From NCBI GenBank assembly GCA_964106645.2, contig OZ067039.1: a stretch of DNA of 64,000 nucleotides. One strand, given 5' to 3'. Shown here piece by piece: positions 25,207 to 37,100 of this stretch. The notes under the pieces were generated by a model. It worked only from the letters and a program-made list of their open reading frames with translations. It made no database searches and had not been told where the DNA came from. How positions within the stretch are numbered: the first letter of the stretch is position 1; every line of letters starts with the position of its first letter. The position numbers and the translations under genes are program-made. Source of the stretch: Podarcis pityusensis (lineage: Eukaryota).

Positions 25207-26555
25207 AACTTAAATGACAGGTTTTTCTGCACCAGGTAATCCTGGGCAGGGACGATGTGTTGTGTAGGTCCACACCATGCATAGATACCCTGAGTAATAC
25301 TAGTTGCCCTGTTTCTTTCCACCTGTTTTCTGCACCAAGAACCTGAGCTCGTGGGAAAATCTCTCTGGCCATCTTCCAGAACTCCTGGCTGTTCTCTGTT
25401 ACAAGTGGGTCAGTTTTACACTCCTTCCCTCAACCCCATCGGATGTGATTTATAGGCAACTCGGCTTTTCTTACTGCCGGGCCCTCGCTGGCTTGTAGCT
25501 TCACCAAATGAAAATTGGGCAGCTAAATCTATCCAAACAGGAGCTCCTGTTTCAAGGGATGAGGGGAGTCAGTGCTTGGAAGAGACCGTTCTTGGAAGGA
25601 GTGGAGCACAAAGGGAAGGGCCTCTGGGACACAGTGAACCTCTTTCAGCCTGTTCCATGTTCTCTTCATAAATGACAGTGTGTTCCTTTTCGCTACACCG
25701 TTTTGAAGTGGCCAGAATTGATCTTCTCAGTTGGTTTTAAATAAGACACCCAGTGAAACAAGCTGGGTTATTAGTCCAAAGGCCATATTGTCACACCTTT
25801 CACCTTGACTTGTTCCTGAGTTCTATTTGGCAGGTGGGGGGGTATGGAAAGTAATGCCGTATTTGACCACTTTTGCTTTCTTGCCTTCCTCAGCCTCATA
25901 AAAGCTAGTTAGTTCCAAGCAGTCTATCCTGGAAGTGGCCAATTGCATAGGCTTTTTGCTAAGAAGCATGGAGTTTGGTTTCTCTTTCTTTCTTGAATGT
26001 CTCTTATTAGGCATTTTCCATTAAATCAGTTCACTACAAAATGCCAAATATTCCCAGTGAAGGAACTAGTTTAGGATATTTTTGTCCGATGCATCCCAGC
26101 GGTTGTGCACAGAACCTATGCTATGATGTAGTCCTCTGTGGATACAGCCATGCCCTCTTGCAAGAAATTCCACATACTAGGAAGCCCTGATTACTTTCTG
26201 CGGTCACATACATCACTTATAGGAGGCCGTGAGTGTGGAGGGAGGCAGCTGCATCCTCCAAAGATGGCAGGTGTATTAATAGTGGGGAGAAAATATTAAA
26301 ATGGCTAAAGCACTCCAAATTCCTCTCTCGTAACCATACTGTGTGTCTAAATGCCATTTTGTTTTAAACATAAATATGTGGTTTCCTGCTTCCTGTGTCC
26401 AGTGCAGTAAAGAACTCTATTTCATCGCCCTTGTTAGTACATCCATCAAGGTGTGTGCTCTTAAAGCAGTTTGCGGGGAGTGGAGTGGGAAGGGATGCTT
26501 TTGAAGAGAAGGTTGAACAATAAACAGTGTCCCTGGCCAGCTCAGAGAAGAGCAT
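25207..26555 (-). mobile_element. Highly decayed Gypsy/Ty3-type pol fossil (RNase H-like plus integrase)
   Basis: Reading through stops gives ...SRIDCLEL...RCDNMAF...SLGV...WPLQNGVAKRN...EALPFVLHSF...STDSP...ELLFG*...ETGQLVLLR, colinear with integrase core motifs. The upstream LDGCTNKG...KPHIYV*NKM...ERNLECF...LHTH resembles retrotransposon RNase H. Recognised by eye only. Confidence 0.55.
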
Positions 26556-28487
26556 GATGCTAACATTCGACTTTCAATCAGCTTTGATTTCTGGGTTTTT
26601 TGTTTTTTGTTTTTTAAATGCAACAAATAATACAAAATGAAGGAAATGTTTAGAAACATTTATTTGACCCTGCCCATGTATTTCCATGCTTTTGCACACT
26701 GGGGGCTAGAAACACACAAAATTAAATTTCCACAGTTTTCTACATCGCCTTCAGCTTCAGACATCTCTGAGATGCTGCATGGTGCAATTGTAGTGAGGCA
26801 CATATTTAGGCTCTCCTTTCTACTAAAGGTGCTGTAGTGCCACTGTGGCAGTGGCTGCTATGGCAAGACTACTGTTTACAATCCTAAATACAAGAAGAGT
26901 TACAGAAACAAGATCCAGTAGCCTGTGGGTGTTTCACTTGCATCTCTGCCAACTGACACTAGCCGTGCATGGTGGGCACATCAACCTGCAGCAATGGTAC
27001 AAATGTCACAGAACACCCCACTCCTGCCCCTCCCACATACAGGTCCTAGCTTCAATCTCTGGGATATCAGAAATACTGGAGAGCCACGGCCAGTCCAAAC
27101 AAGACCGTACTGAACTGGATGGACTAATGTTCTGACTTCATGTAAGGGGGTTTCATATGTTCTCTCTACATGCAACAGACAAAACTATGAGGTAGCCAGC
27201 ACTTCCACTGGAAGAGGTCAAGGCCCATCAACAACAAGTACTCCAACGTACAAGCGCTCCCAAGGTTTTTCCTCCAAAGGAACTCAAATCCCCTGCCAGC
27301 CCAAACAGCCAGTATTAACAGCATGAAGGAACATAGCAGCATTCAGGCTACCATTTAGACAAGGAAAGTGGGAGTGCCATTCTGGTTGCCAGAGCCATCT
27401 GGATCTATGGCCCAGTACATAGCAAAAGGTCCATATATGGAATGTTAAGCCACAGGCTCCCTAAGAGAAGAGTTTGGCTAGGGTAGAGCAGCTGATAACA
27501 TTCAGATCACAATACAGAATATGTTTGTGTTGGTTTCAAGGTGCAGTGGGAGAAGAGAAGTTTATTGCGAGAGGTGAGGGTAAGTGGATGGGGACAGAGA
27601 GTGTGGGCAAATAAACACTGCCAGGAAGCTTTCAAGAGGCAGGTCAACAAACTAGTAGCTCAGGGAAAGTGTAAAGCAATGAGAAAAATGTTGACCCTCA
27701 TCTCAGGCAAAGCCAGTAAATTTGATCCTCATCTCAGGCAAAGCCAGTGACCACAGGGCTGGAAGAAAAGTGGCAGGATCTGATCCAAAGAGCTCTATAA
27801 CTGGACCCTTGTCTCCCAGAGGCCTGGCCCACTGCATGCCTTTTTCCTACTCATCTCAACATGAACCCAGAAATCTAGGACAGGGGTGCTCAAAGTTGGA
27901 CCACAACAACCATCATCCTTGGCCATGAGAGCACTACATTAGCCACTCCTGTTCTAGGTAAAGCCATTGCTCACTGTGCCAGCACAGGATTAGCACATGA
28001 ACGGGCCTGGATCCCAGCTATCACACTCCTAGCTGAGAAGATGAGAAACCAGCAGACTCTTAGGACAATACAGTGTGGTGCCCTATCAGATCACACGTAA
28101 TACAAGGGCTAATGGTCTCACTCTGACAACTCTGGGCCCCCACAAAGCCCACAAGTCTGCTTGGTTTCGCTAGACTGTTGTATCTTCAGTCTCTGTCAGT
28201 GCAAGGGAAATTAGGAACCATCTTATCGCTGGCCAGAAAGCACGTAGCTCAGGGATAGGAGGATCATACTGTTTGCGCTTTGATGTGTTAAGAAAGTGAA
28301 CACTGATAGAGAGCAGACTTCGAGCTAGAGCTGGCGCTGGTACAACAATGCTTTGATAATTCAGGTGTTGGCTCAAGGTAAGTAATATTTTGTCAGAGCA
28401 AACTTTGGTGCTAGTTAAGAATTATATGTTATATAAATTATTAATCAATCAACTCCCACCCTTCACCCTAAGGTCCAAATTATAAGG

Positions 28488-28847
28488 TCATAGAATCATA
28501 GAGTTGGAAGAGACCACAAGGGCCATTGAGTCCAACCCCCTGCCAAGCAGGAAACACCATCAGAGCACTCCTGACATATGGTTGTCAAACCTCTGCTTAA
28601 AGACCTCCAAAGAAGGAGACTCCACCACACTCCTTGGCAGCAAATTCCACTGTCGAACAGCTCTTACTGTCAGGAAGTTCTTCCTAATGTTTAGGTGGAA
28701 TCTTCTTTCTTGTAGTTTGGGTCCATTGCTCCGTGTCCGCTTCTCTGGAGCAGCAGAAAAAAACCTTTCTCCCTCCTCTATATGACATCCTTTTATATAT
28801 TTGAACATGGCTATCATATCACCCCTTAACCTCCTCTTCTCCAGGTC
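28488..28847 (-). mobile_element. CR1 LINE 3' end
   Basis: ORF 28560-28853 (LEKRRLRGDMIAMFKYIKGCH...RTRSNGPKLQERRFHLNIRKNFLTVRAVRQWNLLPRSVVESPSLEVFKQR) is the CR1 ORF2 C-terminus, with an ATTCTATG-type tail. Confidence 0.92.
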
Positions 28848-29729
28848 CACCATTTCCTGTTTAGGGCAGTGTGACTCACCAAGAATGGCAGTTCAGCCTA
28901 ACAGTGATCTCTTTGCTATCCTGGAGTTAGAGACAATATGCCAATCTCTAGGATCTTATTGCTTTTTGAGGACCAGTTTTTGCACACATGCAAGCCACTT
29001 GATAGCTTGCAGCCAAGAGTGGGAATAGACATTATGCTTGTGGGCTGAATGATGCTGGCCTGTGCCTTCAACAGTTCTTATCTAGTGCCATCATATTAGT
29101 GAATATTTCTGCTCCATATGATGAGGATACCCAGTGTGATGGTTGCCCTTCACTGTGTATAGAATTTGCCAAGGGGATGCCATCTTCTGTGGCATTCAGC
29201 TCCCTGCAATCCTAAACGTCAATAAACACAGTAGGACTTGCATCTGAGTAAATATCCATAGACCTGGCCTATGAATACAAGGACTGTTGCCAATGAAAGA
29301 TAGTGTGATTGAGGCGATATGACACAGCTTTGAGATGCGGGGTTAATATTGTAAACAGGTTTTTCAGATATTGCAAACAGTCACTGCCAACAGTTTTTTC
29401 TTAACAAACATTCCCTGGAAAGGGTAAGTTCTTAAATGAGGGGGCAGGAGACATAAGGGCTGGTATTTTGATGCCAATCATGTCTGTTACAAGGCTGCAA
29501 AAATATCCACCTGCGCTAGGAACACACACTTTCACAATAAACATTTCTCTCAGCACTCCGAAAGTCATATGTAGAACAAGAAACTACAATGGCGTTATGT
29601 ACAATAAGTGTTTGGCTGATGTAACGCAAGAACAAATCCAGGTTTGCCGCCAAATATACACTTGACAGGGAGTTGTTGTTGCCAGCTAGTGCACTCTTCT
29701 CCTTTTGCAATTGTGTTTGACCTATCTAT

Positions 29730-30458
29730 TTGTTGTTGTTTAGTCATGTCCGACACTTCATGACCCCATGAACCAGAGCACGCCAGGCACTCCTGTCTTC
29801 CACTGCCTCCTGCAGTTTGGTCAGATTCATGTTAGTAGCTTCGAGAACACTGTCCAGCCATCTCGTCCTCTGTCGTCCCCTTCTCCTTGTGCCCTCAATC
29901 TTTCCCAACATCAGGGTCTTTTCCAGGGAGTCTTCTCTTCTCCTGAGGCGGCCAAAGTCTTGGAGCCTCAGCTTCAGGATCTGCCCTTCCAGTGACCACT
30001 CAGGGCTGATTTCCTTCAGAATGGAGAGGTTTGATCTTCTTGCAGTCCATGGGACTCTCAAGAGTTTCCTCCAGCATCATAATTCAAAAGCATCAATTAT
30101 TTGGCAATTAGCCTTCTTTATGGTCCATCTCTCACTTCCATACTCCACTACTGGGAAAACCATAGCTTTAACTATAGGGACCTTTGTCGGCAAGGTGATC
30201 TCTGCCTTTTAAGATGCTGTCTAGGTTTGTCATTGCTTTTCTCCCAAGAAGCAGGCATCTTTTAATTTTGTGACTGCTGTCACCATCTGCAGTGACCATG
30301 GAACCCATGAAAGTAAAATCTCTCACTGCCTCCATTTCTTCCCCTTATTTGCCAGGAGGCGATGGGACCAGTGTTGTTTTTTTTTTGATGTTGAGCTTCA
30401 GACCATATTTCGCGCTCTCCTCTTTCACCCTCTTTAAAATGTTCTTTAATTCCTCCTC
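29730..30458 (-). mobile_element. BovB (RTE) LINE, 5'-truncated, immediately upstream of the SLC25A10 promoter
   Basis: ORF 29744-30061 reads [33 protein letters not shown]...WRALVHGV. It has a (CAA)n tail and a 9-bp TSD CCTATCTAT (29721-29729 and 30459-30467). Confidence 0.92.
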
Positions 30459-30589
30459 CCTATCTATACTGTACCACAAAACCCAAAAAAGGAGGGGGGG
30501 CGAGGAACTGTGTGTGAATTTACAACGAAGGAGTCAGCAGCAGCTTGGCTGCTCGATTTAAACAGAGCCAGGATTTCCTTCCAGATTAG

Positions 30590-30945
30590 CCATGATCTTG
30601 GCGGGCAGCGGAGATCAGCGGCGCCCGACGCTGCAGAATCCGTCGTCGAAAGGTGATTGTCCAGAAGCCGGAATGCGCGGGGGCGGACAAAGACGGGGGC
30701 TCCGCCTGAGCGGAGGAAGGCTGCGTACCCTCTCCCGGTTACTCTCCCTCCCCGGTACACCCAGCCGGGCCTCCGCGTTGCTCTTTTAAGGCGTCCCTCC
30801 CATGGCGGGCGTTGCCCCTTTAAGGCCTCGTCGGTTCAGTGCAGGGAGCGGCGGCGGTGAGCAGGAGGAGGCGGCGGCCGGGCTTCCCGGGTCCGGGCAG
30901 CGGGGAGGTGAGGAGCAGCAGCAGCCACGCAGAGCCGGCGGCGCG
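30590..30945 (+). promoter_or_regulatory. SLC25A10 CpG-island promoter
   Basis: CpG-rich region with GC boxes (GGGGCGG at about 30680), CCGGAA and TATA-like TTTAAG motifs (about 30786 and 30819) upstream of the start codon. Confidence 0.7.
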
Positions 30946-33900
30946 ATGGTGGAGAAACGCGTGTCCCGCTGGTACTTCGGAGGCCTGGCCTCGTGCGGGG
31001 CAGCCTGCTGCACCCACCCGCTAGACCTGCTCAAGGTGCGTCTTTGCGTTAGAGAAACCCGCCAGGAAAGAAGACAGGGCACCCCTTTCCCCGGCGACGG
31101 ATGGGGGGACCTGGCCCCTAAAATCCCTCTCCGGCCCTCTGCCTCCCGTCTTCCCCCTGGGCTCCCCTGCCCTGATCTCTGCTGGCCCCATCCCTGCTAT
31201 TTGTCTCTCGCCGCCCCCTCCGCTTCAATATTGCCGCGTGTTTCCTTTGCAGCTTGGGAATTCCTTGCGCCGCTTCCTTTCCCCGCTTGGCTGCAGGCAA
31301 AGGTGGCTCAACAGCAAAGTGCTCTAAGGAGAGGTTCTTCACCTCTAACCTACCATTTACGTCTAAGGCAGCGCGAGCGACGGCAAGGCGAGGAGACACT
31401 TCCTTAGCCCACCCCCACTCTGGGTTGGAGACTATAGGGGGTTGACAGTGGCGTGGCATTTCCCTTTTCTCCTCTCCCCCCCCCCCCTTACAATGATTTC
31501 TATCTGCCATTTTGGCTCCGTTGATAACTAGGAAGTTGGAACTGCCTGGGCACCACCACCGTGGTGCACAGATGTACCCCGTTTCCCAGGCAAGAGACGT
31601 GGCCTGTGGTTGGTATTCTGGCCCTGGCTGGCACCCCTTGGTGTCTCGTTTCCTGGGCACAGCAGACTGGCATCTGCTGCCGCTGTGTGCCCTGTAGTGG
31701 CTCCCTCTGGCCAGACGGCGTTGGCTGCCTTCCAGGAAGCAGTGCCTAAGGAGCTAACTGAAGGCAACAGTCTTGAGTCTGTTCAGATTGATTGATTGAT
31801 TGATTAAATTTGTATTCAGCTGAAGATCACAGGGCAAGTTCGAAACATAAAAATACAAAAACGAGAACAGACACCTCCCCCTCATTTCCAGTTCATTCTA
31901 TGTAAGGTAAAGGTAAAGGACCCCTGGACAGTTAACTCCATTATGTGTAGTATAATTTGACCAGCTAGCATTCTCCACTACGAATTAGAGAGCACAGATC
32001 AAGGCATAATTATCATCACAGTAGTTTGGCCCCTGCTCTGTTAAATATTACTGTACTGTACTTGTAAAACAGGTATAGCCTGTCTAGTTTCTAGCTTCTA
32101 CTGTGTGTCAAGTGATATAGAATTTGCTCAGCATTTTCTTGGTTTGAGAGACTGAGGCCTAATTGTGTTGGTTTGGAAGTGAGGACTTCCAAGATAACAG
32201 CTTGAATTCAGTGGCAGTATCTCCTGGTATGAATGGAGGCCTGCAAAAAACAAAGAGGCCCCATTCAGCCACGATTCTGCACTTCTGGCATTGTGCAGAC
32301 CCCTCACAAGTGGCCAGATACCGTAGTTTCTGCCCTGAAAGGCAAGCGCACAGAGGGAATGTGGCATGTCCAAGGTCAGTGGGGCCATTAAGAGTTTCTC
32401 TTAATGATCTCTGGCATGCAGCCCTGATCAGCAGATGCAGTGTTTTCCCGTACTCTGTTGAATGGGTACAGATAAATTATTTTCTTTTGCCTTGTAATCT
32501 TTATTGCTGTTATTTCTCAGTTAGTCGTCATAGTGGGCGTTCTTAAGTTTTTTTGTTTTCTGTTTTAAAAACAGAATCCAAGGTTCCTCAAATGTACGCG
32601 AAACACATTCGTCCTTGACATGGGGCAAGCCAATCAGAAAGGAAGAAAGAGGGAGGCCAAAACATGGGGAAGAATTCAAACAAACATTCTGGCAAGGCAA
32701 GCATTTCTGTTTGCTCAAGGGAACAGTCCTCCCTTTCCTCACCCATGTGGTGTTCTAAGGGTTCTCCTGATTCCTCCCTACAAGCCAATTTGGGGAACGT
32801 GGGGTGAGGAGAGGGGAGAAAGCCCCATTGCACTAGTAGCAGTCCTCGTGTGGGCTTCTTCGAGCTGTGCCAGTTAGTCACATCTGTCCTATAATCCAGG
32901 AAGACACCAGTGTCAACAGGCCTCTCCTGGCTGCTCTCTAGATCTCCACACAGAAGCCTGCTTGGGATTTTAATGATAACTTTTCTAAGCCCTTTTATTA
33001 CCCAACTGTCCCGCCTTTCTTTTGTGTGTACCTAGACGAGATCGGCCAACTGCCTTTCTCTGTCTACTCTAGGGCCTATTTCTCAGGGGTAATCTGTCAG
33101 TGGCCACAACATTGGTGATAAGTGAGGCTACATCCTGTTTCCACCTTCCTTTCTGCCTGGCCCGGCCCTTGCCCCTTTCCCCATCTCTTTGTCACCTGCA
33201 TGAACTTAGGCCAAAAGTTGCATGCAGTCTAAAAGTGGTCTCTGAGGCGTTGCTCATCATGGCAGCAAGGTGTCCCCAGCTTTGGTCCTTGCTCTTCAAA
33301 GTCAAATGTCAAAGACTGCATACACAACATACATCTGAAACACACTCACACACCTTAGAGAATCCTGGGAACCCTAGTTTACTCCGTCACAGACCTACAG
33401 TTCTCAGCACCCTTATCAAACTGCAATTCCCAGGATTCTGTGGGGGTGGGAATGTATGGTGTGTACATGGCCCAAGTCTGCCCCACAGGCTGCTTTAAAG
33501 CTGACAGAAAGGGGATGGACTTGTCAAACTCAATAAACTTGAAAGATAGCTTTCTTAGGAGGGGAGTTTGTGGGGCTACGAAGTTTTTCTGCCCAGCCAC
33601 TGACAAGTTACCAGGCAAGGCCTGTTCTGAGATTCTCACCCACTTCACCCGCCTCCCCCTGAGCATTCTGCATACTTAGCCCTGGTCCCTAATGGGGTGG
33701 GAACATTCTTTTCCCTTGTTATGGTCTGGCAGGGGCACACTAATGCCAGCATGAAGCTGCTAACCCTGGAGATTCCTGCAGATTTGAGCCTCCATCGTTT
33801 GCTTTCCCTGTGTCACTGCTGGGCCTGCCAGCTGCTTGATGAGCACATTCCAGCTTCATCCTTCACAATGGGATCTTTGAGCTGCCACTGGCTGCCTGGG

Positions 33901-34102
33901 AACACTGCCCATCTGAACTGCTGTCCACCGCTTCACTGCCCTCTCCTGGCTACTGGTACTTCTGCAGCCTCAGCTGATGTGTGTTTCCACCGGGGGCTGC
34001 TTCAATCCACTTGCTTCTTAAAAGGGTGGGTCTTACCAAAAATGGCGAAGCTGTGGGTCTTGTTGTTGTTGAACTCTAACCCCTGCTCCTAGAAGGCTCT
34101 TG

Positions 34103-34135
<33 letters not shown>

Positions 34136-37100
34136 CTTTTATTTATTTAAATTAAATTTATTTAAATTTATATATTTATATAAAATATATTTTATTTTAT
34201 TTATTGCTTTTCTCCCAAAAACTCAAGTACATGGTTTCCCTGCTCATTTAATCCCCAGGGCAACCCTATGAGGTAGTGCCTGGCTCTGCGGCCAAGTGAG
34301 GATTTGAACCCTGGTCTCCCAGCTGCTAATCCGACACGCTAACCAATATAGAATCACTGTAGAGTTGGAAGGGACCACAAGAGTCACTTCGTCCAATCCC
34401 TTGCAATGCAGGGATATTTCGCCCAATGTGGGGCTAGAACCCACAACCCGGAGATTTAAGAGTCTCATGCTCTACCAACTAAGCTATCCCCAGCTGCCTA
34501 TAAAACATTGGTACATTTGCATTCAAGAACCTCCAGTCAGATAATTGCTTGGACTCCTTGTTCCTTACAGTAATATCATGCAGGATGGGAGAAGGCCAGT
34601 GTCGAGAAGTGCAAGTGTTTTGTACTATTTCATTTCTGGGTCCAGTTCAGAACTTGTGTAGGCGACATTCTCTTGTTGCTTGAATTGACCTCTCCCCTTC
34701 TTCAGGATAAGGGCTGGTTGGCCAATGGCCCTGCCAAGGTTTTTTTGATTTTTATCAACGTGGCAGCCTTTCACCTAAATTCTCTCCAAGTTGGCTGTAC
34801 AGTACTATAAACACGAGCTGCTCCACTGCGAGGTCAGGGTGCTTGCAGGTGGGATGGTAATCTGGGAAACCAATGTTGACCTGCATTTCTAAACTACAGA
34901 AGCAGATGGGTCAGCAATCGTCTGTGGATGCAGGCACCAGACTGTCCAGGGAAGCCCCTTGCCATGGCTGGAACAAGTGCCTTGCGGCTGTGATTGCAAA
35001 ACCCTCCAAAATTAATAGCACCCATTAGGTTATGGGGTGAAGAATGCAGGAATCTTCTTACAGCTCACTGGGGGGAATAATATCTGGGAGAAATTGGGGG
35101 AGGTAGCTGGGAGGTAAGACTTGTATTTCTGGAAGGAGTAGGTTTTGTTGGGCAAGCCACATGTCCCGATGGAGGGGAAAGGGTTTTGTAAAAGCAAGGA
35201 AACCAGAAGTTAGGAATCCTTTTCCACATTTTATGGGGGAGAGTGGAGCAGGATAGCAAAATATAAATTCTTATGCAAAGGGATTGTCTCTAGGGGGGAA
35301 AAATCAGTCATAGCTTTAAAAATAGAAAGAATCTCTCCTTAAGCTCTGGTGGGCAGTATTCTTGGAGTAAAAGATTCAAAGTGAATGTTTACAATGAATT
35401 CCTGAGATCTTGTTGACGTGGAGTTGCAGTTTCATTTGTTTGCTCTATCAGAGGTGCATGGGCCGTGGCTGCTTAATCTTTTCCTTCCCCTGGCCCCCCT
35501 GGAATATCCCTCGGAGAACGAAGAGCCTGGCAAATCCAGCCTGACCTGTTTGCTACCTGCTTTTCTTGCCTCTAGGTCCACCTGCAAACCCAGCAGGAAG
35601 TGAAGATGCGCATGACGGGCATGGCCTTGCGTGTGATTCGCAACGATGGCTTTCTGGCCCTCTACAGTGGGCTTAGTGCCTCCCTCTGCCGGCAGGTGAG
35701 TTGTTGGGCCGCTGCAACAATTGCTTTACCCTGGTCTGTTCAGCCCTGCTCCTTTTGTCTGGCTCCCCATGCCAGCCTTCTGGTTCCATCACGCTACCCG
35801 TGAGAGTTCTGCAGCTTCTTCCAGCACCCTTCAAAGCGTATTCCACAGATTTAACACTGAGACTGTGTTTGACTTCACAGACAGAGCTTTGTAAATTAGG
35901 TCGACTTGCAGTCTCTGAAACTGAGAGGCCATTTGGTCACAGTTAACGGCAAAAATCCCGCAGAATATTGTCAATAGAATATAAGGATCCAATAGCCCCT
36001 GCCATCTGAGAAGGTCAAGCAGGTTTTTAGACTAGGAATTTCTGAAAAGAGGCATGTGCTTCTAAGCTATGTCCTCCCCAAGACTTTGATGAGTCAGGCA
36101 TCTTGTGCAGATGAGGAGAAGCTGAGAGAAGCGACAGCTTCTTGAGTTGTATCCTTCTTCCCTTTTAATAGCTTGTTTATTTAGCAGTGCACTGACAGTC
36201 ACAATGGCTCCCTCCACTCCTGGCACACTGGCACACGACTCTGCAAGGGAATTCTCAATCCTTGCAAGTGGCTCTGTAATAACGTCACATTGATTTCTGC
36301 AGTCACCATAAGCCCTGCTTGAATATCATTCTGCTTGCAGAATCTATGATTCCTGAATAGTTGGGTGTTAGGGTTGGCCTCTGCTACGGCAAGCAGGGTT
36401 TGGGGAAGAAGAGAGCTTCATTTGGGGTCGCACCTCTTGCATATATACCGGGTGGTGCCTGTTGATTGGCGAAAAGGACACTGCTGCCATGGCTCTTAAG
36501 GGCACAAGCGCCATAATGCAAAGGCTGTGGTCATGCCCCAGCGCAGGGGCTGCGCCATTGCCAAGCTGATGCCATGGCTGAACGGTGATTCTGATGAGCG
36601 ATTGCCCTGTGCTGGGCAGGACCAGGGCCTGAGAGCTGCTGCCAACCTGCTCTGACTCTTTCTGCTTCTCCAGATGACGTACTCCCTCACCCGCTTTGCC
36701 ATCTATGAGACTGTACGGGACCACTTGAGCCAGGGTGCCCAGGGGCCAATGCCCTTCTACCAGAAGGTGCTGCTAGGTGCAGTAGGAGGTGAGCTGGGGC
36801 TTGGCAAGCGCAGGATGTCGGGCCACGCCAGTGCAGGCTGCACAGCCCCCTTTCACCTGCTGTTCTCTGGTTGCAGGTTTCACCGGTGGGTTCGTGGGGA
36901 CCCCAGCGGACATGGTGAATGTCAGGTCAGTGGTCTCCTTCCCCTTTCCCTATGGCTGTGCTTCAACCTTGCCCAGTTCAGCTCCCCGTGACCTGTTCAC
37001 TTGACTCTTTACACCCCTACTGAACTCGGGGACATTCCATGGGGCTGGATAAGCCCACACAAGGACTTTCGCCAGTTCAGTGGTGTTTTCCCTCTTCGTG

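Noticed and set aside
30802-30945. In-frame upstream ATG giving SLC25A10 a 48-aa extension
   Set aside because: Orthologues begin at the MxxxRVSRWYFGG position. The upstream ATG lies among TATA-like promoter motifs, probably 5' of the transcription start, and open frames are expected in GC-rich islands. CAGE would settle it.
34415-34490. Apparent tRNA-Lys gene (also 61620-61690) and tRNA-Ile-like sequences (37231, 59945)
   Set aside because: The acceptor and T stems are broken, there is no pol III T-run terminator, and each runs into a CR1 tail. They are SINE heads, not tRNA genes.
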